From the IMG/VR virus record IMGVR_UViG_3300006867_000088, positions 1 through 24,835 of that record: a DNA stretch of 24,835 nt; one strand, written 5' to 3'. The notes under the pieces are model-generated. The model was not told the DNA's origin and searched no databases. It was given only the letters and a program-made list of their open reading frames with translations. Within the stretch, counting starts at the first letter, position 1. Each line of letters begins with the position of its first letter. This DNA is from a virus (taxonomy: Duplodnaviria; Caudoviricetes). The translations under genes were made by a program, and so were the position numbers. This document shows positions 1 through 7,392 of this stretch, one piece after another.

Positions 1-984
1 AACCGTGAGGGTTACGGCGGTGACGGTTTGACGGAGGGAACACTTCGTGAGGCTCGCGCTATGGCTCGCGGTGAAATGAGTGATGACAAGGTGGTTCGCG
101 CTAACGCGTGGGCTGCTCGCCATGAACCGGATTTGGATGCTCCGCAGAACCGTGACCCGGAACATCCGGAGTGGCCGGGTGCGGGTGCGGTTGCTCATTA
201 CTTGTGGGGTATTGACCCGTTGGACCCCGGTCCGGCGCGGCGTTGGTTGGAACGTGAAGTTGAACGCATCCGTGACGAAAGGACAGAGATGCAGCACACA
301 GAGATCCGCACCCTTGATACGGAGTTGCGTGCGGTTGATGAGTCGTCTAATGGGATGTCGTTCGGGGGTTACGCTTGGCGATACAATGAGCCTTCGTTGC
401 CGTTGCCGTTTACGGAGCGCATCGCTCCGGGTGCTTTCACTCGCACGTTGAAGTCACGCAACGACATTCGTGCGTACTACAACCACAACGATGAACTGCT
501 ACTTGGTTCCACTCGCGCTAAGACTCTCCGCATTGAGGATCGTGCGGACGGTGGGTATGTGGAGATTGATCTGCCGGATACCGAACTTGGACGCTCTACC
601 GCGTATCACATTCGCCGGGGTGACATTACCGGTATGTCGTTCGGCTTTTCTACGGTCGCTGATGAATGGTCGCAGGACGGCAACGAACGCACCCTGAACG
701 AAGTGCGGTTGCATGAAGTGTCTGTTGTCTCCGGTGTGCCTGCATATCCGACGACTACTGCTAGTGTCCGTAACTTGAAGGTCATTGCGCACCGTACTGA
801 AATGGATGCGGATGTTCTCGCTGACGCTATGAACGCGTTGCAGGCGGGTGAACTTGACGACGACCAAGCGAACATTCTGCGCACGGTCGTTGATCGCATG
901 ACCGGTAAGGATTCGGAACCGGAACCAACTGTTCCGTTGTCCGTTCTGCAAAAGCAAATGGATTTGCTTTCTAAGGCTTTCTAG
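1..984 (+). CDS. HK97-family prohead protease with N-terminal extension (5' truncated; possible internal start at 289)
   Basis: Frame is open from base 1. Protease motifs FGGYAWRYN, FTERIAPGAF, YNHN..LLG, GMSFGF and LHEVSVV..PAYP. Directly upstream of the major capsid. GAAAGGA RBS precedes ATG 289. Confidence 0.9.
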   Translation, partial: NREGYGGDGLTEGTLREARAMARGEMSDDKVVRANAWAARHEPDLDAPQNRDPEHPEWPGAGAVAHYLWGIDPLDPGPARRWLEREVERIRDERTEMQHTEIRTLDTELRAVDESSNGMSFGGYAWRYNEPSLPLPFTERIAPGAFTRTLKSRNDIRAYYNHNDELLLGSTRAKTLRIEDRADGGYVEIDLPDTELGRSTAYHIRRGDITGMSFGFSTVADEWSQDGNERTLNEVRLHEVSVVSGVPAYPTTTASVRNLKVIAHRTEMDADVLADAMNALQAGELDDDQANILRTVVDRMTGKDSEPEPTVPLSVLQKQMDLLSKAF

Positions 985-988
985 ATTT

Positions 989-1036
989 TCGTCACTACGG
1001 AGCCGTAGGACGATGCCGCACGCGGAGCCGCTGCGG
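989..1036 (+). promoter_or_regulatory. Twin bulged hairpins with identical GAGC loops in the capsid leader
   Basis: TCGTC-A-CTACG-GAGC-CGTAG-GACGA (989-1013) and CCGCA-C-GCG-GAGC-CGC-TGCGG (1016-1036). Confidence 0.6.
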
Positions 1037-1082
1037 GTTTGCAAGATAAATAAAACATCTATTCAAGAGAGGTATTCCAATC

Positions 1083-2267
1083 ATGGAGTATTTGAAGCGA
1101 CAGGTTGAGGCTCGCCAGCAGGCGTGGCACGCAGCCAAGACGCTCCTTGATTCTGCGGCGGCTGAGGCGCGTGACCTTACCGCTGAGGAACAAGAGCAGT
1201 ATGACCGCATCAACGCTGACATTGATGCACGTACGCAGCGCATTGAGGATCTGCAAGCGGCAGAGGCTCGCGCCAAGGATATTGAGGCATCGCTGGTTGA
1301 TGCACCTGAGGTTCGTGAGGCTGCGAAGGTTCGCACCGAATCGGATTTTGATATGGTCCGCGCTCTGGTGGCGGGTGACATTCGTTCGTACACTTTCGAG
1401 CGTCGTGACCTGAACACCTCTGACGATTCGGCTCTTGTGCCGCAGTCGTTCTACGATGTCATTCAGGAGAAGTTGGTTACCGTCGGTCCGATGCTTGACG
1501 GTGGCATTGTCACTCTGCTGAACACCGCTTCCGGTGAGGACATCAAGGTTCCGGTTGAGTCCACTCGTCCGGCTGCTACCGCTATTGATGAGGCTACGTC
1601 GATCACTCCGCTTGATCCGACGTTCAGCAGCATCACCCTGAAGAGCCAGAAGGTTGCCGTGCTGACCAAGGTCAGTCGCGAGTTGCTCACCGATTCGGGT
1701 ATTGATGTTGTGTCCTACCTTGGACGCACCCTCGGCACTTCGGTTGGTGTGAAGGTGAACAACCTCCTGACTGTTGGCACGGGAACAAACGAAGCCAACG
1801 GTGTAGTGACGGCGGCTGGTTCCGGCGTTACCGGTGGAACCGGCGTGTCCGGCGCTTTCACCGCTGACAATCTGATCGACCTTGCGCACGCTGTTGATGG
1901 TGCGTACGTTCGGCTTGGTGGCGCTTACATGATGCGCCGTGCATCCATGGGTGCGTTGCGCAAGTTGAAGGACAACGCTGGTCAGTACCTCTACATGCCT
2001 GCGGCAACTGTCGGCACTCCCGACACGTTCGCTGGTTACCCGATTGTTGAGAACCCCGATGTTCCGGCCATTGCGACCGGTGCTAAGTCGGCTCTCTTCG
2101 GATGGCATGGTTCCTACCATGTTCGTCAGGTTGGCGGCATTGAGGTTGCTCGATCGGATGATGCCTACTTCGCATCTGATGAGGTCGGGTTCCGCGTGAC
2201 CATGCGTATTTGGGGTGACCTTGGTCAGAGCGATGCGGTGAAGTATTTCATCGGCAACGCGTCCTAG
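1083..2267 (+). CDS. HK97-fold major capsid protein with N-terminal coiled-coil (delta/scaffold) domain
   Basis: 394 aa. N-terminal ARDLTAEEQEQYDRI coiled coil, then VSRELLTDS, LRKLKDNAGQYL and FASDEVGFRVTMR. GAGAGG RBS. Follows the protease. Confidence 0.95.
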   Translation: MEYLKRQVEARQQAWHAAKTLLDSAAAEARDLTAEEQEQYDRINADIDARTQRIEDLQAAEARAKDIEASLVDAPEVREAAKVRTESDFDMVRALVAGDIRSYTFERRDLNTSDDSALVPQSFYDVIQEKLVTVGPMLDGGIVTLLNTASGEDIKVPVESTRPAATAIDEATSITPLDPTFSSITLKSQKVAVLTKVSRELLTDSGIDVVSYLGRTLGTSVGVKVNNLLTVGTGTNEANGVVTAAGSGVTGGTGVSGAFTADNLIDLAHAVDGAYVRLGGAYMMRRASMGALRKLKDNAGQYLYMPAATVGTPDTFAGYPIVENPDVPAIATGAKSALFGWHGSYHVRQVGGIEVARSDDAYFASDEVGFRVTMRIWGDLGQSDAVKYFIGNAS

Positions 2268-2284
2268 TAACCTCTAGCGTGACC

Positions 2285-2339
2285 GGGAGGGTAGTCGGAG
2301 GCAGGACCGGCTACCCTCCCTCCTGCCAAAACCTGCCAA
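2285..2339 (+). promoter_or_regulatory. 14-bp hairpin with AGGCAGGA loop followed by two CCTGCCAA copies (attenuator or processing element)
   Basis: GGGAGGGTAGTCGG (2285-2298) pairs with CCGGCTACCCTCCC (2307-2320). No U-tract. The loop is complementary to the downstream TCCTGCC/CCTGCC. Confidence 0.6.
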
Positions 2340-2351
2340 CGGAGGAAACTA

Positions 2352-3563
2352 ATGAACCGCGCAGAGAAGCGGCGTAGAAACCGCAACGGCGTTGCACCCA
2401 TCGCAGGCCTATGGGTGAGCAATGCAGCATGGTCGCCAACGGGATACGGAACGCAAACAAAGCAAGTGGTATCCCGCATGATCAAAGACGGTCATCCCGT
2501 CGCGGTCGCAGCGAACTATGGTCTTGAAGCAACGATGAGTGCGTGGGAAGGCATTGAGCATTTCCCTCGCGGGTACGATCCGTATTCGAACGATATGGTT
2601 CACCCGTATTTCATTGATTGGTCGAAGCAGCATCCTGATCACCGGCACTACGTTTTCACTCTTTACGATGTGTGGGTTTTCAATCATCCGCGTTGGGATG
2701 AACTGCCGGTGGTGTCGTGGGTTCCTGTTGACCACATGCCGATCCCTGAGAAAGTCGGCGCGTTCATCAAAAAACCGAATGTAAATCCGGTTGCCATGAG
2801 TAAATACGGATCCGGCCTGATGACGAAAGCCGGAATTGATCACTATTACATTCCGCATGGTATTGAAACGTCAATCATGAAACCAACGGCTCAGGTGTCT
2901 GACGATGTGGGGAATGTGCGCACGGGTCGTCAACTAATGCAGGTTGATGATGATCAATTCGTGGTTGGTGTCGTCAACGCGAATAAGGGTACTGCTCCGA
3001 TCCGTAAGGCGTTCGGGGAACAGTTGCTTGCTTTTTCTATCTTTGCGGAACGGCATGACGACGCGGTGATTTATATGCACACGGAGCGTTTCGGTGGCAT
3101 GGGTGGTATCCCGCTGGATCCGTTGATCAACGCTGTTGGATTGGATGAGTCGCGGGTGAAGTTCGTGAATCAGTATCAGAACCGCATTGGTATTAGTGAT
3201 GAGGTTCTGGCGGCGATCTATACCGGCATGGATGTGTTGTTGGCTCCGACTCTTGGCGAGGGGTTCGGGATCACGGTTGCGGATGCTCAGGCCTGCACGA
3301 CACCTGTGATAGTGAATGACTTTTCCGCACAACCGGAACTTGTCGGTGATGGTTGGAAGGTGCGCGGTCAACCCCTGTGGGATGCGTCGCAGAACGCATG
3401 GTTCAACACTCCTGCCGTGGAAGATATTGTTCACGCGTTGGAGCAGGCGTACGAACGCAAAGGTGAGAAATCTCCGCAGGCACGGAAGTTCATTGTCGAT
3501 AATTATGACGCGGACAAGGTGTATGCGGATCTGTGGCGGCCGTATTTGGAGATGCTGCCGTGA
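2352..3563 (+). CDS. Glycosyltransferase, GT-B fold (GT4-like)
   Basis: SNAAWSPTGYG N-terminus, IPHGIE, DVLLAPTLGEGFGITVADAQAC.TPVIV (GT4 E-x7-E-like signature). GGAGG RBS. Confidence 0.9.
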   Translation: MNRAEKRRRNRNGVAPIAGLWVSNAAWSPTGYGTQTKQVVSRMIKDGHPVAVAANYGLEATMSAWEGIEHFPRGYDPYSNDMVHPYFIDWSKQHPDHRHYVFTLYDVWVFNHPRWDELPVVSWVPVDHMPIPEKVGAFIKKPNVNPVAMSKYGSGLMTKAGIDHYYIPHGIETSIMKPTAQVSDDVGNVRTGRQLMQVDDDQFVVGVVNANKGTAPIRKAFGEQLLAFSIFAERHDDAVIYMHTERFGGMGGIPLDPLINAVGLDESRVKFVNQYQNRIGISDEVLAAIYTGMDVLLAPTLGEGFGITVADAQACTTPVIVNDFSAQPELVGDGWKVRGQPLWDASQNAWFNTPAVEDIVHALEQAYERKGEKSPQARKFIVDNYDADKVYADLWRPYLEMLP

Positions 3564-4294
3564 GGGTTGCGTGGGTGACGCATCACATTCCGCAGGCTGA
3601 CGCTGATTGGCTTTTGCCGGGTGGTGTCGGTGGCGCGGAGATGACTGATGCCACTATGATAAGTCATGCTCCCCCGTCTGTCTCTGTTGACGTTATCACT
3701 CCTGATAAGTGGGAGCAGGCGTTAGACGCAGATCGGGTTGTTATTACGGGTACGGATTTCTTGTCTGATGCGGCATTGGTGGCGTTGGCTGAACGTAAAC
3801 CGATTGTGTGGGTTCATCATCAGCAAGCACCTAGTCCTGTGCGGCAACGGTTGTTTCAGTTGGCTGATCCGTTTGTCACGATGTCTAAGGCTCATGCTGA
3901 GGTTGAGGCTTCGTGGTCTGGTGTGTTCGGTGAGTGGTGTCATGGTGATATCACTTGTGACATCACCCCTAGGGACAAGAAACCTGCCGCTTTATGGAGT
4001 GCGCGAAATCATCCCCAAAAGGGACTTCTCGCGGCACGACTATGGTCCCGTAGTATGGGACTACCGCTGACGGAGTTATCCGGTGTGGATCGCTCTGAAG
4101 TGCTTGATGCTATGGCTGAACATGAATGGTTCGTGTTTCTACCTCAGGCGTTCGACTCGTGTCCTCGCACGTTGATTGAAGCGGAGTATGCGGGTTGCCA
4201 GATACACACCAACGCTAATGCGGGTCGCCGGGATCCCGGTCCGCTGGATGAAGTAATGGCTGCGCAGGTTCCAAAGTTTTGGGGTTGGCTATGA
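3560..4294 (+). CDS. Glycosyltransferase, GT-B fold
   Basis: GTGA overlap with the upstream stop. Motifs VAWVTHH, GGAEMT, HPQKG and FVFLP..FDSCPRTLIEAEYAGC. Confidence 0.75.
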   Translation: MRVAWVTHHIPQADADWLLPGGVGGAEMTDATMISHAPPSVSVDVITPDKWEQALDADRVVITGTDFLSDAALVALAERKPIVWVHHQQAPSPVRQRLFQLADPFVTMSKAHAEVEASWSGVFGEWCHGDITCDITPRDKKPAALWSARNHPQKGLLAARLWSRSMGLPLTELSGVDRSEVLDAMAEHEWFVFLPQAFDSCPRTLIEAEYAGCQIHTNANAGRRDPGPLDEVMAAQVPKFWGWL

Positions 4295-4935
4295 CGGAAA
4301 CAATCGGCGTTGTCACAACCTGCCATACCTACACGCATTTCATTCCTGATTGGTCAGCGTCAGTTGTTGAGTTGAACCGCAAACCGGATGAAGTAATTAT
4401 TGCTTGCACCAATCCGGCAAATGTTATTGCGAACCTTGACCCGCGTTTGCATGACGTTACCGTCATCAGCGTTCAACAGCCTTTCCTTTTGAGTAAGTAT
4501 TTGAATCGTGCGGTACAGGCATTGGATACTGATTGGGTTGCGTGGATTGGCGCGGATGATCGTTACCGACCTACCGCGTTTGATGATCTGCCGCTGGAAT
4601 CTAGTGACGTTATTGGGTTCGGGATGGCTTGGCCTAATGGCTCCGCAACTGTCCCATCTCATGTGACACCGGAGCGAGTGTTGCGGGTGACGGATAACCT
4701 GTTGTTGTGTGGGAGTTTGTTCCGCAAATCGTTGTGGGAAACGCACCCATTCAATGAAGATTTGTTTCCCTTTGAGGATTGGGGATTTTGGGTTGGTTGC
4801 GCGGCGCAAGGCGCACGCATTACGACAACAGGTCGCGTTGATTTTGATTACAGTACCCACGGCGCTCAGAATCACCCACCACAGGAACCAACACGAACAA
4901 AGATTCGTGAATGGCTGAATAGTTTGAAAGGCTGA
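4291..4935 (+). CDS. Glycosyltransferase, GT-A fold (GT2-like)
   Basis: ATGA overlap. Motifs IGVVTT, PDEVII, LNRAV...TDWVAWIGADD (DxD-like) and FEDWGFW. Confidence 0.85.
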   Translation: MTETIGVVTTCHTYTHFIPDWSASVVELNRKPDEVIIACTNPANVIANLDPRLHDVTVISVQQPFLLSKYLNRAVQALDTDWVAWIGADDRYRPTAFDDLPLESSDVIGFGMAWPNGSATVPSHVTPERVLRVTDNLLLCGSLFRKSLWETHPFNEDLFPFEDWGFWVGCAAQGARITTTGRVDFDYSTHGAQNHPPQEPTRTKIREWLNSLKG

Positions 4936-4937
4936 AC

Positions 4938-5552
4938 ATGGCGATCACCAACGGCTATGCCACCTTGACTCAGGTGAAGGCTGCGGCTCGCATCACGGAC
5001 AATGTTGATGATGAGTTGTTAGAGACCGCTATTGAATCGTCGTCCCGCATGATTGATGGTTACTGCGAACGCAGGTTCTACACGAACGGCACGGAGACAC
5101 GTTACTTCGCGGCAACGAACGCTTACTTCGTGGATGTTGATGATTTGGCTGGGACTGCTATCACCGTGGAAACTTCGGCAGGGTTGGACGGCATCTATGA
5201 TGAAACGTGGACCGCTGCTGATTATCAGTTGGAGCCGTTGAACCGCACGAACGCTGGTCTTGATTTCCCGATCACGCGGCTGCGGTCGGTTGGTGATTAC
5301 TTGTTCCCGGTTGATGTGGTGGCTAATGAAACCGGCGTGAAGATCACGGGTGTGTTCGGGTTCGCTACTGCGGTCCCGGCTGCCGTGAAACAGGCAACAA
5401 TTCTGGCGAGCCTGCGTCAGTATCAGCGTTATTCATCGGCGCTTGGCGTGGCCGGGTTCGGGGATATGGGTGCGGTGCGTGTGGCTCGCATTGACCCCGA
5501 TATTCAGTCGATGCTTATGCCGTTCCGCAAGGTCACTCATGGTGTCGCCTGA
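4938..5552 (+). CDS. Head-to-tail adaptor (gp6/gp15-like connector)
   Basis: YATLTQVK, SRMIDGYC.RRF and GF..VPAAVKQAT motifs; position after the head genes. Confidence 0.8.
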   Translation: MAITNGYATLTQVKAAARITDNVDDELLETAIESSSRMIDGYCERRFYTNGTETRYFAATNAYFVDVDDLAGTAITVETSAGLDGIYDETWTAADYQLEPLNRTNAGLDFPITRLRSVGDYLFPVDVVANETGVKITGVFGFATAVPAAVKQATILASLRQYQRYSSALGVAGFGDMGAVRVARIDPDIQSMLMPFRKVTHGVA

Positions 5553-5956
5553 TGGCTACCCTGAGTGAGATTCGTACGGGTATCGCAACGAACCTAGGAA
5601 CGATCAGCGGTCTGCGTACGTCAGCGTATGTGCCGGACGAACCGAAGCCACCTATCGCAATCATCTTCCCTGAGAACATCAGTTTTGATACCGCGTTCGG
5701 TCGCGGGTTAGATACTTACACATTCACGGTGCAAGTGATCGTGTCCAAGATTTCTGACCGGAATGCGCAATCCAATCTTGACGGTTATTGCAATCCGTCC
5801 GGAGCGAGCAGCGTCAAGGCTGCTCTTGAATCAGATAAGACTCTCGGAGATCTGGTGCAGGATCTACGAGTAACGGAAGCACGGGACTACCGCGCTGCCA
5901 CCATCAATGAGAACACCTATCTAACCGTGACGTTTGCGGTTACTGTGTATGCGTAA
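5552..5956 (+). CDS. Tail terminator / tail completion protein
   Basis: 134 aa between adaptor and major tail protein; SVKAALESDKTLG motif typical of this slot. Confidence 0.65.
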   Translation: MATLSEIRTGIATNLGTISGLRTSAYVPDEPKPPIAIIFPENISFDTAFGRGLDTYTFTVQVIVSKISDRNAQSNLDGYCNPSGASSVKAALESDKTLGDLVQDLRVTEARDYRAATINENTYLTVTFAVTVYA

Positions 5957-5964
5957 GGAGCATC

Positions 5965-6384
5965 ATGGCTAAGTACGTGCTGACTGACCCGGTTATCGTT
6001 TTCGCCGGTTCGACCATCACTTCGTCATGCGCAAGCGTGACGATCAACCTTTCCGCTGACGATGTGGAGACAACCGCGTTCGGCGCGGCTGGCGGCTACC
6101 GCACTCGTATCGGTGGATTGAAGTCTGGAACAGTTGATTTCGAAATGCATCAAGACTTTGGTGCGTCCGGTATTGATTCGCTGTTCTTCCCGAACCTTGG
6201 CGGGACCGTCGCGGTGTCCGTCGTGCCAGGTGGAACTGCTGCTGTTTCGGCCACGAATCCGCAGTTTTCGTTTGACGTTTTGGTTACAGAATATAGTCCC
6301 GTGGATGGTGCGGTTGGCGATCTCGCTACCACGAGCGTTTCACTTCCGATTACCGGTGAGGTCACTCGCGGTACCGGAGCCTAG
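5965..6384 (+). CDS. Major tail (tube) protein
   Basis: 139 aa with VETTAFG...RTRIGGLKSG and ATNP.FS motifs. AAGGAG RBS. Upstream of the tail chaperone. Confidence 0.85.
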   Translation: MAKYVLTDPVIVFAGSTITSSCASVTINLSADDVETTAFGAAGGYRTRIGGLKSGTVDFEMHQDFGASGIDSLFFPNLGGTVAVSVVPGGTAAVSATNPQFSFDVLVTEYSPVDGAVGDLATTSVSLPITGEVTRGTGA

Positions 6385-6416
6385 ACCTTCATTACCTTAG
6401 ATAGGAGTTCCTGCCA

Positions 6417-6704
6417 ATGAAGATGCACCTACGCATAACGAACGACGACGGGTCAACCGCTGATGTTACGGTGTCGGCGGTTGATCTTGTCGCGTTCGAA
6501 GCGGAGTTCAATCGGTCTGTTGCTAAGTTCCAAGATGAGTTTCGTTTGACGGATATGTTCTGGTTGGCGTGGCATTCGCTGCGCCGGTCGGATCCGTCTA
6601 TCGGTGATTTCTCTGATTGGCTTACTGTCGCGGATCCTGATGTTGAGTTCGGTGATGGGGACGAACTTGTCCCTTTGGAGAGCAGTCCGCAACGTTCCGA
6701 ATAG
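6417..6704 (+). CDS. Tail assembly chaperone (G-like, short form)
   Basis: Lies between the major tail protein and the tape measure region and ends with a slippery heptamer. Confidence 0.8.
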   Translation: MKMHLRITNDDGSTADVTVSAVDLVAFEAEFNRSVAKFQDEFRLTDMFWLAWHSLRRSDPSIGDFSDWLTVADPDVEFGDGDELVPLESSPQRSE

Positions 6705-6838
6705 TGCATTTGGCGTATGAGTTTGGTTTGAGTCCGTCTGCTGTCATGGCGGAATCTGATCGGGTGATCACAACAATGCAGCGTTATTTGCGTTGGCGGG
6801 GTGTTCAGGAACGCAAAGCCAATAAGGGGTCTAAGTGA
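6671..6838 (+). CDS. Tail assembly chaperone -1 frameshift extension (GT-like), slippery site C CCT TTG at 6671-6677
   Basis: X XXY YYZ heptamer. The -1 frame reads PFGEQSATFRIVHLAYEFGLSPSAVMAESDRVITTMQRYLRWRGVQERKANKGSK to TGA 6836-6838, which overlaps the next GTG start and fills the gap exactly. Confidence 0.8.
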   Translation, partial: PFGEQSATFRIVHLAYEFGLSPSAVMAESDRVITTMQRYLRWRGVQERKANKGSK

Positions 6839-7392
6839 AGGTTCAAGTCAAGGGTATTCGTACGACGTTGAACGCGTTGAAGGAACTTGATAATGACATT
6901 TACAAGGACACGTTGAAGGGTTTGCGGAAGTCGGCTAATACGTTGCGTGACGAATCGCAGGGGTTAGTCAAGGATGGTCAACCTTTGTCCGGTTGGAAAG
7001 GTTGGCGCGGTGGTTACGACGCGAACACTATCCGTGGTGGTATAAAGGTCACGACGGCGAAGCGACGTAAACGCGGCACGGTCGTGTCAAATGTGATGGG
7101 TGTCCAGAACACTACGGCGGCAGGTGTCATTTGGGAACTTGCCGGTCGCAAGTCGGATGGTCAACCACCTAGGCCGGGTCGCAATCCGCGTACCGGTCGA
7201 ACGTACGGCAACGGTCAATCATTCGTTCAAAAGATCCGTGACGTTTCCGGCAAATCCGCGTCCCGTCTGGTGTGGGGTGCGTACGATTCTCCTCAGGATT
7301 GGAACCGGGATTCTGAGGCAGACAAGATCATTGAGTTAGTCGATAAGGCTACGCGTGTAGCACAGGCTAAGTTGGGAGCATACCGTGGCTAG
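6835..7392 (+). CDS. HK97 gp10-like neck/tail component
   Basis: Basic 185-aa protein starting VQVKGIRTTLNAL, with AAGVIWELAGR; immediately before the tape measure gene. Confidence 0.55.
   Translation: MKVQVKGIRTTLNALKELDNDIYKDTLKGLRKSANTLRDESQGLVKDGQPLSGWKGWRGGYDANTIRGGIKVTTAKRRKRGTVVSNVMGVQNTTAAGVIWELAGRKSDGQPPRPGRNPRTGRTYGNGQSFVQKIRDVSGKSASRLVWGAYDSPQDWNRDSEADKIIELVDKATRVAQAKLGAYRG

Noticed and set aside
499-2120. Long minus-strand ORFs (499-1044, 1059-2120) and similar ones opposite TMP, GT and SSAP genes
   Set aside because: Antisense shadows of well-supported + strand genes in GC-rich DNA; no RBS or recognisable motifs.
2285-2327. Post-capsid hairpin as a classical intrinsic terminator, or an H-type pseudoknot with the adjacent TCCTGCC
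   Set aside because: No U-tract follows. Pairing with the first CCTGCC would need a zero-length linker across a 14-bp stem. Kept only as a regulatory candidate.
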